Source: Torpedo marmorata (taxonomy: Eukaryota). From it: DNA of 64,000 nucleotides. A program made the translations under genes and the position numbers. Where the stretch lies: the NCBI GenBank assembly GCA_977017645.1, contig OZ360222.1, positions 44,950,001-45,014,000 of the forward strand, in the 5' to 3' direction. Under the pieces are notes generated by a model that was not told where the DNA came from, made no database searches, and saw nothing but the letters and a program-made list of their open reading frames with translations. Below are positions 39,760 to 52,260 of the stretch, in pieces (within the stretch, counting starts at the first letter, position 1; each line of letters begins with the position of its first letter).

Positions 39760-40170
39760 CGGGCGTAGGTCTCCCATTGCATTTTGGGACTGGTAGTCCA
39801 TTAGGGATTTTTAAAAAATCCCCCTGCCATATGGCAGGAAATGACAACCTCTGAACTGCAATTCCAAGCGTCCCTTTTTTCTATGCGCAGGCATGAGCAA
39901 CCGGAGACCCGCCACGGTGGAGATGGAGGGAAAGGGAGATGTGACCTCTAACGGTTTAGTGGAGAGTGACTGGAACTGGGACTATGCCACCCGGCCATGA
40001 AAGCGGCCGGCTGGAAGAGTCCCGCTCCGCCAGTATGAAGTGTTTGGAATAACGGGTAGTCGATCGTGGTCGATTCCGTCCCAATAGTGAGGCTGTTTCC
40101 ATGGAAACCTCGAACGTCCACGGCCTGCTGATCTGCCAATCACAACTAGGGGCGGGTGTCCACCAGGTCA
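39760..40170. promoter_or_regulatory. Promoter-like motif cluster (ZNF143/Staf-like x2, NRF1-like, RFX X-box, CCAAT x2, GC box)
   Basis: ACTACCAGTCCCAAAATGC (- 39797-39779); ACTGCAATTCCAAGCG (+ 39855); TGCGCAGGCATG (39884); GTTTCCATGGAAAC (40095-40108); CCAAT at 40081 and 40136; GGGGCGGG at 40149; CpG-rich. Confidence 0.6.
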
Positions 40171-43100
40171 CTGGGAAGGCAGAAACTTTTTTATGGTTTC
40201 TGGATTATACTGTCAAAGAGTTGGTAATAATTTTTTTTAAATCACAGAAATCAATACAATTTCTCTCTGCAGCGTATTTCTATCATGATCTGCTCTTATT
40301 TCAGATTTCCAGCAATGCTCTGCTTCTGTATTATTGCTTAATTCATTCCCACTTCTACTGTTCTGCTCTTTGAAGAAATCCTGCTTTCCCTTTCCATGGA
40401 ATTTCTTTCTGTTGCTGTTCCACGTTGCTTTCAGTTTCTCTTTTTGTCTGAACAGGTCTCTGTTGGAACCGGCTTTCTCGGCCTCAGCGAATTTCTCCGG
40501 TTCTGCCTATTTCCACATTGATTTCAAGTAAAATTCCACCATTGATCCTTTTGGGTTCACCCGCTTCAAGAGATAAGATGTTCTGCCTGCTCTTTACCTT
40601 CTTCTTCAACATGCCGTCTCGCTCCTTCTCAGAACTATGTTGGCCAGGGATTACATTTCATCATTCACCTCATCTGGTGCTCTAATTGAAAATTTTATAT
40701 GTCAAGGATGACGAGAGGTCAACTCCCTTTTTTTTTTCTCTGCGAAACCTTCCTGCATCATTGATTATTTACAGCATTCACTTTTATTCAATTACAAACC
40801 TTTCGATTGACATTCAATGCAAATCATGTTACCAAGGCCTGAGCCAGATGAACTTCTTCAGCTTATCGACATTGAACCAAACCAAAATAAAATGCAGGGG
40901 ACACCAAACCATTTTGAACAAAGGAAGACAGTGTTAATGATAAAGCCAATAAGCCATTGACTGAATTATTAAACTTTGATATGCTTATTATTCTGCTGTC
41001 AATCTTCGTGGCCTGTTGTTGTTACTTAATGCAACTTATGTCACTGAAATTTGATTGAAAACAATTAGGTATTGAGCACTTCTGTTCCACTTTATTGAAA
41101 AGACATTCAGAAAATGTGTGCATACTGTATGAAATATGAGGAACATTGAGCCATTCATCCTGAGACTGCATTCTGTTCAAAGAGATTGCAACTGATCTGA
41201 CTAGTCTCAATTCTGCATTCCTGACTATACCAGTAAGCTTTCATCCAATTGATAATGAGTTTATTGCCACACATTGTACAATTTCCAATGTAAGAATCCA
41301 TCCACCTCTGCCTTAAAGTATTCAGACTCGGCTTCTGCGGAGACGTCCAAAAATTCACAATGTGCTGAGAGAAAATAATTTTCCCTCATCTTTATCTTAA
41401 ACACATGGCCCCTTGTTTTAGATACTCCCACGAGGTAGCATCCTCTCCACATCCACCCTGTCAAGACATCTCATGGCCTTATTTATTTCAATCAAATCAC
41501 TCTCTTGTACACTAACAGTACTAGCCAAGTCTGTTCAACATTTCCTCATAGAACAACCTGCCCATTCCAGGTATCTGTCAGATAAACCTTCTCTGAACTG
41601 CTTACAACACATTTACTATCTCCATGATGCTCCAGCAGATGTCTCATTCATGCCCTACATATCTGAAACATAATCTCCCTACTATTGTATTCAATTCCCC
41701 ATAAAATAAATGAAAACATTCTGTTAGCTTCCCAGTTACTTGTTAAGGTAGATGCCTGAATAAAGGAGTGGGGGAAAGGGGGAGGAAGAGAGGAAGAGGA
41801 AGGAACACAGGCTAACAGGCAAGAGGCAATCGGTAGATACAGGTGGGAAGGTACAAGAAAAGAAGTGATAGGGGAGAGGGCAGAGGGCTAAGAAGGGTAG
41901 CTCTCTGATAGAAGGAAGAAAAGGGGTGGGGAACTGGAGGAAAGAGGAGTAGAGAAAGAGAAGTAGGGAAAGAGAGGGACCAGGGGAGGGGGTTAACGGA
42001 AATTGGAGGTCATTTACTCCAACTCCGGATTTCCTGCCCACTTCCCCTTGTATTCCTACGCATTCTCATAGCTTATATTTTCATCCATATTTTTAGTATC
42101 AACAAACTTTTCCCTCATCTTTATCTTAAATACATGACCCCTCATTCATATCATTAATAGCCAAAAGTCCAATATTAAGCCATGTAGATTATCATTAAGA
42201 TTCTGTTAACCTGAAAATGATGTGTTTATCTCTGGAGTGAAACACTAAAGTCTGCAGACGCTGTGATTGTAGTGAAAACACAAAAATGCTGGAGGTCTCA
42301 CAGCGTCTATAGGAGGTAAAGATATATAACCGACGTTTCGGGCCCGAGCCCTTCGTCTAAGTATGAGCAAAAAAGATTTTCAGCCCTTAAGCTAATCATG
42401 CAATGTTACCTTCAGCCATCTGAGTCTCCTTTTATATATCTGCTTTATGTGTTATCTTTAAAGTGCAGCTCTCCTACATCAGTTGGTTCCCTTTAACCAC
42501 CATTAGTTATCTCCTCAAAAAATAAATCTTTTACTTATCAAACTCTATTTTATCTTCCTTAGAATCATGTTAACTGTGCATAATTACGTTGGATCATACC
42601 GACAGCGAGCCAACAGGATCTGTACAGCAGACTCTGAATCTCCTGTTTCATGTTTTGATGTGCAGAAGTAAAGGACATTCTGGAGGGCAGATGCAGGTGC
42701 ATCTAAATTCCCCGTGTCCCAGATTAAGGCCATGCATATTTCCTGATTGACCCAAGCTGAGCCAAGAAGTTAGACACACCACATGTTTGGTTCCTTAACT
42801 GCAACTGATATAGCCCCATGATTTTGAATTAAGCTGCTGGCCTTCATTTAAATGCAACTTTATTTAATTGTTTTAATTAATTTACATCAGCTAATTGTGT
42901 TAATTTAATTTGTTGTTTGGTTATTGTATTTAATTTCTTTTGTCTTTGAGGGTGAGCTGTGGGAACAGCCCAAGGCTTAGTTACTGATTTGTTGCCCATT
43001 CTTCAGATCGGTTGTGATGGTGGGGCCTCTGTTGTTGGAAGCCACAAGGTCACAAAAGATCAGAGTAATAGTATAGCTATGGGGCTAATGTGCTGAGAGC

Positions 43101-43368
43101 TGGGAGGGATAATGGAAGTGACTAAAACACAGGCAGCAGATTCCAGTCCTTTCTCATTTTATTGTCCTGTCCTTAATGATTCCAGCATTCTGTCAACAGC
43201 TGTGAGTCTAATTAATTTCCATTTCCTTCCATTTCTTAAAGAGAGATGCAGCCTTTGCTACTTCTGCAGTTCCACTGGGATGCTTCCAGTATCTGGGGAA
43301 TTTTGGGAAGTCATCAATAATACATCCATTACCTTGACGAAGGGCTCAGGCCCCAAACATCGGTAATG

Positions 43369-43912
43369 AAAAAAGTAAAACACGAAAATCTGTAGAACAC
43401 CGTGGTTGAAGTAAAAAAACACAAATGCTGGAGAAACTCAGCAGGTCAAACAGTGTCTTTTATGTAGCAAAGGTAGAAATACATAACCAATGTTTCGGGC
43501 TTGAGCCCTTCATCAAAGTATGAGAAAATGTCGGCAGGCGTCCGAACAAAAGAGTGACGGGGGGGAGGGGGGGTGGCAAAGGCAGGAGATGATAGGTGGA
43601 GAAAGGAGGGAGGGGACAGCAGCAAAGAGGGGGAGGAGGGATGGCAGGGTGGGTGGAAAAAAACTGGAAGGACAGGTGAGGGGGGAGGGGAAGGAAAAGA
43701 CAAGCAGGTTTAGTGGAAAGCAGAAAAGTCAATGTTAATGCCATCTGGCTGGAGAGTGCCCAGACGGAAAATGAGATGTTGTTCCTCCAATTTGCGGGTA
43801 GTCTGGGTGGGATAGTACATAAGGCCATGGACAGACATGTGAGTATGGGAGTGTGACTCAGAATTGAAATGGCTGGCTACTGGGAGGTCGCTGTTGTTGC
43901 GGACGGAGAGGA
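43369..43912 (-). mobile_element. Penelope 3' fragment inserted into another Penelope tail
   Basis: Reverse copy of the 3' part of the 31.7-33.5 kb element; GGTAATG duplicated at 43362-43368 and 43913-43919; host tail spans 43333-44020 on plus. Confidence 0.8.
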
Positions 43913-44229
43913 GGTAATGTATCTTTACCTCCTATGGACGCTGCGAGACTAGTTGAGTTCCTCCAACATTTACTGTGTGTTTTTATTACAATCACAGTGT
44001 CTGCAGACTTTAGTGTTTTACTCCATTCATTATCTGCAATAGCTATCACTTTAGAATGCTGGGATGCAGCCTAAGTTCTAAAAGTGGCTGATTACAGTTC
44101 CCTTAACATTTTCCACTATTTTCTCATTAATATGATCTTTAATTCTCACAGTCAATAAGCCCTTTGCTTTTTATCCTTCTCTGCAACAATTATGGTGTCT
44201 TCTGCAGCAAAAACGAAACGTGAATCCAG

Positions 44230-46328
44230 TGTAGTTTCCAGCAAGAGGGAAACTTAACAGATTGAAGAGCATATCTAACAAACCTTGCTAGTACTAACAA
44301 AGGAACAGCAAAGGAGAAATTCACCAGACAATGGTAAATTAAAAATAATAGTTTTTATTAAACTATTAATAACATAACATTTCTTACTTATCTCTAAACT
44401 TAACTCTAACTTAAACCCCACTATGTGCAAATGTAAATGTGTGTGTGTTAAAGTCCAAACTATTTCATTTAAACTTGAATCTGAAAAGTCAATTTTAAAG
44501 TCCAATTTCCAACTTCATGTTGAACTTCAGGATCCCTTTAAATTGTGATTCAGAATTAATTATAAAGCAAAAGTGAAGCATCCGATTTCTTTCAAACTCA
44601 CACGTCTTTTGACGAGTTGTTTTTCAGAGATATTTTTCTTCATGCGAGTGATTTAATAAACTCCCTCTTATCTTGCCAAAGAGTTCCGGAGTCTGTTTTC
44701 TACGATGATTTCTTTCTTAATTGAAAGTAACATACGATGCTGCTCTCTTTTCTTAGAAGCAGTTGAAAGTGGTCTTACTTTTACGGGGGCTCCCCAGGGC
44801 TGTGTGCTTAGTCCATTGCTGTTCACCCTGCTGACTCATGACTGTGCAGCAAAACACAGCTCGAATCACATCATAAAGTTCGCTGATGATACGACCGTGG
44901 TGGGCCTTATCAGTAAGAATGATGAGTCAGCATACAGAGATGAGGTGCAGTCACTAATGGAATGGTGCGGAACCAACAACCTGCATCTGAATGTAAACAA
45001 AACAAAAGAGTTGGTTGTCGACTTCAGAAGGGCCCGGGGGGATCATTCTCCATTGACGGCTCTACCGTTGAGGTCGTAAAGAGTACCAAGTTTCTTGGAG
45101 TGCACTTGGCGAAGAGTCTCAGCTGGTCCCTCAACACCAGTTCCATAGTCAAGAAAGCCCAGCAGCGTCTTTACTTCCTGCGAAGGCTGAGGAAAGTTCA
45201 TCTTCTACCCTCTATCCTTACTACATTCTACAGGGGATGTATTGAGAGTATTCTGAGCAATTGCATCACCGCTTGGTTTGGTAACTGTACCATCTCGGAC
45301 CGAAAGACCCTGCAGAGGATAGTGAGGTCAGCGGAGAAAATTATTGGAGTCTCTCTCCCCACCATGACGGACATCTACAACACACGATGCATGAGGAAGG
45401 CTAAAAACATTGTGAAGGACTTCTCACACCCCTTTGGTAAACTGTTTTCCCTTTTGCCATCTGGAAGGAGGTACCGAAGCACTCGGGCTTGTACGTCCAG
45501 ACTGTGCAACAGTTTTTTCCCCCAAGCCATCAGGCTCCTCAATTCCTAGATATATATGTGTATTAGCATGTTACAGTTTTTCTATTGTATTATGATATTT
45601 ATGTACATCTGCCCATGGTCCTGGAGAAACGCTATCTTGTCTTACTGTGTATAAGGTAATGAACGACAAATAAAGGTGACTTGACTTACTTATTTTAAAA
45701 GCCACTTATGTTGTGTATCTCCTATGATAAGGATAATACAATACAGAACAGCATTTCTATCTATTTCAGAGATCACTGCTCCAGATTCTGTCTTTCCAGA
45801 AAGTCAAATTTCTTAAAACTGATTTCTTTGTCTGATGCTGAGTTCAATAATATATTTCTTGCACATCTCTCATGTCACGATATGTGACATCATTGCTATC
45901 TTTGAAGTTCATAATGTCCTCTTCACACATATGCTAAAAGCATCTCTTCACACGTATACCTTCCTGCGTTTGACCAAGTATTTTCCTGAGTGTTTGAAGT
46001 TCCAACTTCTCCAAATGTTAATGAGAAGATGCCTCCTTGATGTCTAAACCACATGGACACAGAATGAACTTGCGTTTACACAGTTGCTTCTGAGCCAACA
46101 CCTATTGTTTTCAGTACCTCAAGAACCATCATAAAATCTTTTCTCTCTTGTCTCCAACTGAAACCAGAAGACATTCGGTCTCTGCAAATGGCCAACTCAA
46201 AGTACCATGTATTTAAAATGCAAATGTGTTGTCTTTGTGCCCCTGAATCACCCAAAATGAACTTATATCTAGATGAAATATAGTTTTAACATTAAACTAA
46301 AGATTAATATTAGCACAGATCCATTACA
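44230..46328 (-). mobile_element. Possible solo LTR-like repeat interrupted by Rex1
   Basis: TGTA...TACA ends; resembles the 28.7-kb LTR (TTTATTAAAC, AACCCCACTAT, GT repeat); no TSD found. Confidence 0.35.
44781..45690 (+). mobile_element. Rex1/Babar-like LINE 3' fragment
   Basis: [35 protein letters not shown]; (GACTT)n tail; CTTACTT on both flanks. Confidence 0.85.
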
Positions 46329-47054
46329 ATAAACATGACCCCAAGCTTGCTGTCAGACAAATTATTCTTATACATTTTTTTTTGGACGAGCCTCATTACC
46401 ACCTCTGCAATTTATTCTTAACCTTTGTCCTCAGCAATATTCTTTGATCCTGAATCTGCTCTCATGCAAAATCCCACGTTACTTTAGTGTTCCATTTCTA
46501 ATAACAGAATCTTCAAAATGTTCCTGGGTAACTTGAAATTAAACATTTCTACCTTAGTTTTATCAAATTATCTTTTTGACCATGCAATAGCAATCAGAGT
46601 TTAAACGCTAAAGTTATGTGGGTATCTCTTCTTGGTTCATGAATGTAGCTGTACACCAATTATCTATCATGATCACACTTTGAAATAATGTAATTGGCTG
46701 AAGCATTTTAAAATGCACTATATTAATACATCTGATAATATTAAAAAATCCCTTACCATAAAATGCTACAAGTGATCATCTTTTAGTATGATAAAGCAAA
46801 ATACCCATTTACACATCAGTTTCTGTGTCTCTCACTTAGGGATTAAACATCCTGCTATACATTTGGAAGCAGAGAAAAGAAATTTCTCCAAATTAGAAAA
46901 TACCAAAACCAGAACGTTTTCAGCACTTTAATTTTCTCTGAGGGAGTATTGCATTGAAGAGGCAAAATCATTTGAATGATTCATTATATAATTTTACTTG
47001 TTGAAGACCAATAATTAGTTGTATTTTGAAGAGCAGGGAGATGTATCATGGTTT

Positions 47055-47830
47055 AATTCAAAGGTTCCTTTTATTGTCACATTAAAAATTTAATATACAT
47101 GATCCGTTTCAACTTTTGTCTGCCGTAAGGCAAAGTCACCATGAGCATTGCGTGGTGCCCCTAACAACAGAAAAAAGAGAAGCAAAAGAGAGTCCCTTCA
47201 TAGTCACCGAGGGTCTGTGGATTCGTCTCCAGCGCTCCCACAGCCTCTGCAGCTGCACAGACTTCAGTTCAATCCATCGGCAACCCGAGCTCCAGATCCA
47301 AACCTCCGACACAATCAGGAACCCTTCAGCATCAGAGGCCCCTTCAGGAGCCCCTCTTGCCCTCATTACCCTCTCGAATCCCAGCTCCGACACCTGCCTC
47401 TCATGAGCCAGTCCCCAGTAGCCCGGTGTGATTCTTTCGACTGCAAGTCGCCCGCAGCCTGAGCGAGTCCTTTGACCCCAAGTGGCCCACAGCCAGCCTT
47501 GGTGCCTCAGCTGCTCAGCCCCTTGCTGGTCCGCTGCCGTGGTCACTGTCCTGTAGGGTTGCCTCCCATGCCTCTGCTTCTCAACGAAGGGTGCTCTGCT
47601 GGTTTCTGGTGCTCTGCACTGGTCTGCTGTTCCCCCAGAGTCTGCCACCCCTCGTGGTACGCTGCCCAGCACAGGTGCCGCCATCTTGGGCACAGACATC
47701 AGTGGTTTCAAGATTTTAAAAAAACACCATTGGCTCCTTTAACAGGCCTTAAAGCATGTACAGAGTCATCATCATTCAGTCCAGGCGGTAGGACCCTGTG
47801 GAGCAGTGCTGTGCCTCCATTCCCCTGGGT
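47055..47830 (-). mobile_element. GC-rich SINE-like repeat (diverged copy)
   Basis: Similar to 6838-7695 and 60241-61070. Confidence 0.6.
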
Positions 47831-47834
47831 TTTC

Positions 47835-50072
47835 ATGTCACCGAAGACTCTCGTAAACTTCTACAGGTGTACTGTGGAGAGCATTCTGGCTGGTTGCATC
47901 ACTGCCTGGTATGGAGGCACCAACTCCCAGGACAAGAGTAAACTCCAGAGGGTTGTTAACGCGGCCTATGACATCACAGGCACCAAACTTCACTCCATCG
48001 AGGACATCTCAAATCATCTAGTATTGCGCCTCCTTCTCTGAGGAGCTTAACTACTTCTACGCTCGCTTTGACCGAGAGAACAAGGAGGTCACTTACAAGG
48101 CGGATCTTCTACCTGATGAATTGCCTCTCTCATTTTCCATCTCTGATGTATGGGCCACCTTGAGTAGGGTGAATGTACGGAAGGCTGCTGGTCCGGATGG
48201 CATACCTGGCCGTGTGCTTAGAGCCTATGCAGAACAGTTGGCTGGGGTTTTTACGGACATTTTCAATCTGTCCCTAGCCAAGGCAGTTGTTCCAACGAGC
48301 TTCAAGATCGCTACTATCGTGCCAGTGCCGAAGTGTTCTGCTGTCAGGAGCTTGAATGATTACCGTCCAGTTGCACTTACTCCCATCATCGCAGTGTTTT
48401 GAGAGATTGGTTTTATCACATTTGAAATTCTGTTTGCCTGCCACAATGGACTCTCATCAATTTGCCTACCGTACCAACAGGTCGACCGAGGATGCTATTT
48501 CTACAGTGCTCCACTCTGCTTTGACACACTTGGACAGCTCTAACTCCTATGTCAGAATGCTGTTCATAGATTTTAGCTCGGCTTTCAATACTGTTATTCC
48601 CTCCAAGCTGATTACCAAACTTTGTTTGCTTGGTATCAGCTCATCCCTCTGCAATTGGATTTTGGACTTCCTAACGAGCAGACCCCAATCTGTTAAGTTA
48701 GGCAATCTTTTTTCCTCCATTCTCACCTTGAATACCGGTGTACCTCAGGGTTGTGTGCTGAGCCCTCTTTTGTATTCCCTTTTTACCTCCGACTGCGTTC
48801 CTGTACATAGTACAAACTCCATAATCAAGTTCGCAGATGACACCACGGTGGTTGGCCTGATCAGAGGGGACGATGAAACGGCCTATAGGGATGAGGTTCA
48901 GCACCTGGCCTTGTGGTGTGCCAATAATAACCTGATACTTAATACTCAGAAGACCAAGGAGATCATTGTGGACTTTAGGCGTACTGGAAGCCACACTCAC
49001 GTCCCCATTTACATTCATGGAGTTGTGGTGGAACGTGTGTCAAGTTTTAAATTTCTTGGCGTCCAGATTTCTGAAGATCTTACTTGGTCCTTGAATTCTT
49101 CAAAGCTGATTAAAAAGGCACAACAGCGTCTTTACTTTCTGCGATGCATGAGGAAAGTACACCTCTGTCCTAGGATATTATTGGATTTCTATAGATGTAC
49201 CATTGAGAGCGTATTGACATATGGTATCTCGGCGTGGTATGGTAACTGCCTAGTACAAGACCGCAAAGTACTCCAGCGGGTGGTGAAAACTGCCCAGCAG
49301 ATTATTGGCTTGCAGTTGCCCACCATCGAGAACATCTATAGAGAACGGTGTCTGGGCAGAGCGAGGAACATTATTAAGGATGCATCTCACCCTAACCATG
49401 GACTTTTTACTCTTCTCCCATCGGGCAGACGCTACAGGAGCCTTCGCTCGCGTACCAGCAGGCTGAAGAAGAGTTTCTTTCATGAGGCTGTGAGCCTGAT
49501 GAACACTGAATCACAGCGCTGAGTGGTACTGCACTCACAGTGTAATATCAGTACTTTTATAATAGTTTGTTGTTGAATAGGTTGTCGTTGTTGATTAGGT
49601 TATTGTTGGTTTTTATTGCACATGTTTTATTGTAATGTATATAGCACTATTTTTTAACTTCTGGTTGGATGCTAGTTGTATCTCATTGGCTTGTTTTGAA
49701 CTGGTACAATGACAATAAAGTGCATCTATCTATCTATCTACCTACATGAGGCGGTATCTTAAAAAAGCAGCCTCTATCCTCAAAGACCCCCACCACCCAG
49801 GCCATGCCCTCTTCACTCTGCTTCCATCGGGAAAAAGGTACAGGAGCCTAAAGACGAGCACTCAACGGCACAAGGGCAGCTTCTTCCCCGCTGCCATCAG
49901 ATTCCTGAATAATCAATGAACCAAAGACACTGCCTTACTTTTCGTGCACTATTGTTTATAATTTTTTTTAGTAATGTCGTAAGATGGTTAATATGAATGT
50001 TAATTGCACTATGATGCTGCCGCAAAACACCGAATTTCATGACTTGTTCATGACAATAAATTCTGATTCTGA
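47835..50072 (+). mobile_element. Rex1 fragment (47835-48009 plus 49741-50072) hosting a younger Rex1-like LINE (48010-49740)
   Basis: The inner element has a long RT frame ([18 protein letters not shown]) and a (TATC)n tail; the outer pieces are collinear with the 36.1-37.1 kb family. Confidence 0.85.
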
Positions 50073-50139
50073 TCTCTTCCCTGACGGGAGCAGCTGAAAT
50101 GTGCTGTGTGCAGGGTGGAAGGGGTTCTCAATGATTTTA

Positions 50140-50680
50140 CTCAATACTCTGTCGGATAAAGGCTTTTTGAGCACCCTATCTTCCTGTGATGCCATTTTCA
50201 AAGTATTATGTACCTGTACTCCTAGATCCCTCTGCTCTACAACACTCCCCAGATCCCGATCATTCAGTGTAGGTCCTCCCCATGTTAGACTTGTCATAAT
50301 GCAAAACCTCACATATCTCTGTTTTAAATTCCATTAACCATTCCTCTGCCCACCTGCCCATCGATCAGGATCCTGCTTCAATTTTGGCAACCATCTTCAT
50401 TATCTACAATACCAGACACCTCAGTCGTGTCATCTGCAAACTTGCTAATCATGCATGTTTTGATCTAAATCATCGATTTCGATGACAAACAGCAATGGGC
50501 CCAGCACTGAGCCCTGAGGCACACCACTAGTCACAGGCCTCCAGTCCAAAAAGATAACCTTATACCATCACCCTCAGTTTTCTTCCATGGAGCCAATTTT
50601 CTATCTATTTGGCTATTTCTCCTTAAATCCCACTTGAAGCCTACTGTGTGGAACATTATCAACTGCCTTATCGAACATTA
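50140..50680 (-). mobile_element. Degenerate CR1 RT fragment
   Basis: Similar to 17850-18370 ([14 protein letters not shown] region). Confidence 0.7.
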
Positions 50681-51029
50681 CAAATGATCATACAACTGAT
50701 TTCCAAATGTTATTAACCTGACGTCAATCATATGTAATGAGATTCATGAGCAAAAAACAAACTGCTGGAAGAATTCAGCAGGGTCAGGGAACATCTTTGG
50801 AGGCAAGGGGATAATCCATGTTTCAGATTGAGACCCTGCATCAGGACAGGTTGTCGATTATCCCTTTGACTCCACAGATGCTGTATGACTCGCTGAGATC
50901 CTCCAACAGTTTTTTTCTTTGCTCTAGGTTACAGCATTTGAAGTCTCTTCTATCTCCTCAGTAATAATATTCGTGGTCAGCATGAAAAAGTGATTTTTTT
51001 TTTCATATGTACATTTCAACCTTCATATT

Positions 51030-51250
51030 GGGGTGGCGCGGTTAGCGCAATGCTGTTACAGTGCCAGCGATCGGGACTGGGGTTCGAATCCCACGCTGTC
51101 TGTAAGGAGTTTATACGTTTTCCCCATGTCTGCGTGGGTTTCCTCCCACCCTTCAAAAACGTACTGGGGTTGAATGTCAATTGGGTGTAATTGGGCAGCA
51201 TGAGCTCATGGGCCTGTTACCGTGCTGTATGTCTAAATTAAATTAAAATG
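51030..51250 (+). mobile_element. tRNA-derived SINE (V-SINE/HE1-like)
   Basis: A-box-like TGGCGCGGTTAG; B box GGTTCGAATCC; (TAAAT)n tail. Confidence 0.8.
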
Positions 51251-51489
51251 AAATATATTATATTTTTTTTCTGCATTTAAATATGTAAAAAGTGTGTAAA
51301 TTTTAAAAACTCATCCAGTGGAACTGGGTGATACAAAGCACAAATGAACAAAGGAGACAAAAAAAATTAAATGACTATTGTGTCATCGTCTGCATTAATG
51401 AACACTTAGATTATACATTAAAATAAATATAACCAATAGCTGAAAATATATTGTTATATTAACTATCTCAGTATCAGAACTGCCATATA

Positions 51490-51495
51490 TTTATT
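51490..51495 (-). terminator. Candidate MOCS3 polyadenylation signal AATAAA
   Basis: AATAAA on the minus strand about 500 nt downstream of the stop codon, in non-repeat AT-rich sequence. Confidence 0.35.
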
Positions 51496-51999
51496 CATGA
51501 TTGCTAAATGATACAAGTGCATTGTGAAGTAGCCAATTTCTATTGTCTAAATTTCTGCACGGGTCATTTGTCTCATTTGCCTGGGATACTATTTCAATTG
51601 CCACTTAACAGTTAACCTTTTAGTTTTCATAATATACCAGTATTATTAATTTAGTAGAGTATCTATAACAAAAGATACTTAATAAAATGATTCATTGTGA
51701 TAACCAGAGTTTCCATGTACTTGTATTTAGTTACTAATTGTTTGTGCCCTTATTAAGCAGTTCCAATATATGCAATACAGACATTTGTAATTACAGTACC
51801 TGGTAATAACTTTGATACTACTTGCACTTAAATACTGTGCGTGTTCTTTCCAGTTACAGAGCAATCCCAACAAATTACTTTTCATACATATTTACTGAAG
51901 TACATATAATTTGCAGCATATTGAAAAATTATTATACTTTAAGAAAAACTTTTTAAAATTGGTTTCCATAATTTGCCTCTCTTTTTCCCCTCTGAGCAA

Positions 52000-52151
52000 T
52001 TAATACTGTGGGAAGGTTGGATCAATTTTATGAGCCCAGGCCATTAATCCACCTTGAATATCCTTCAAGGAATAGAGCTCGTGGTTTAGCATCCCCTGCA
52101 GGATTTTGACAGCCTTCTGCGAATCATTTCCTTGTTTGCAGATAACATACA
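52000..52151 (-). CDS. MOCS3: MOCS3 last coding exon (V)[49 protein letters not shown]
   Basis: Pyrimidine tract plus CCAG| acceptor; rhodanese active-site loop C-K-x-G-N-D-S; Uba4/MOCS3 C-terminus GGL.AW...ID..FP.Y; TAA at 52002-52000. Confidence 0.95.
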
Positions 52152-52260
52152 CTGGAGGTGGAGAGAAAAAAACAATAATTAAATTTAGTTGTTTTTACCT
52201 GCTGGTTCATTGACTAAAATATACCATATAACTAAAATGTGTCACAATGAATGCTTATTT

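Noticed and set aside
39893-40000. Short ORF MSNRRPATVE... in the promoter-like region
   Set aside because: About 35 codons, ends in a stop, and has no recognisable homology.
26000-51900. QPCT, the human upstream neighbour of PRKD3
   Set aside because: No QPCT-like exon recognised by eye; a tBLASTn search would be needed to exclude small exons.
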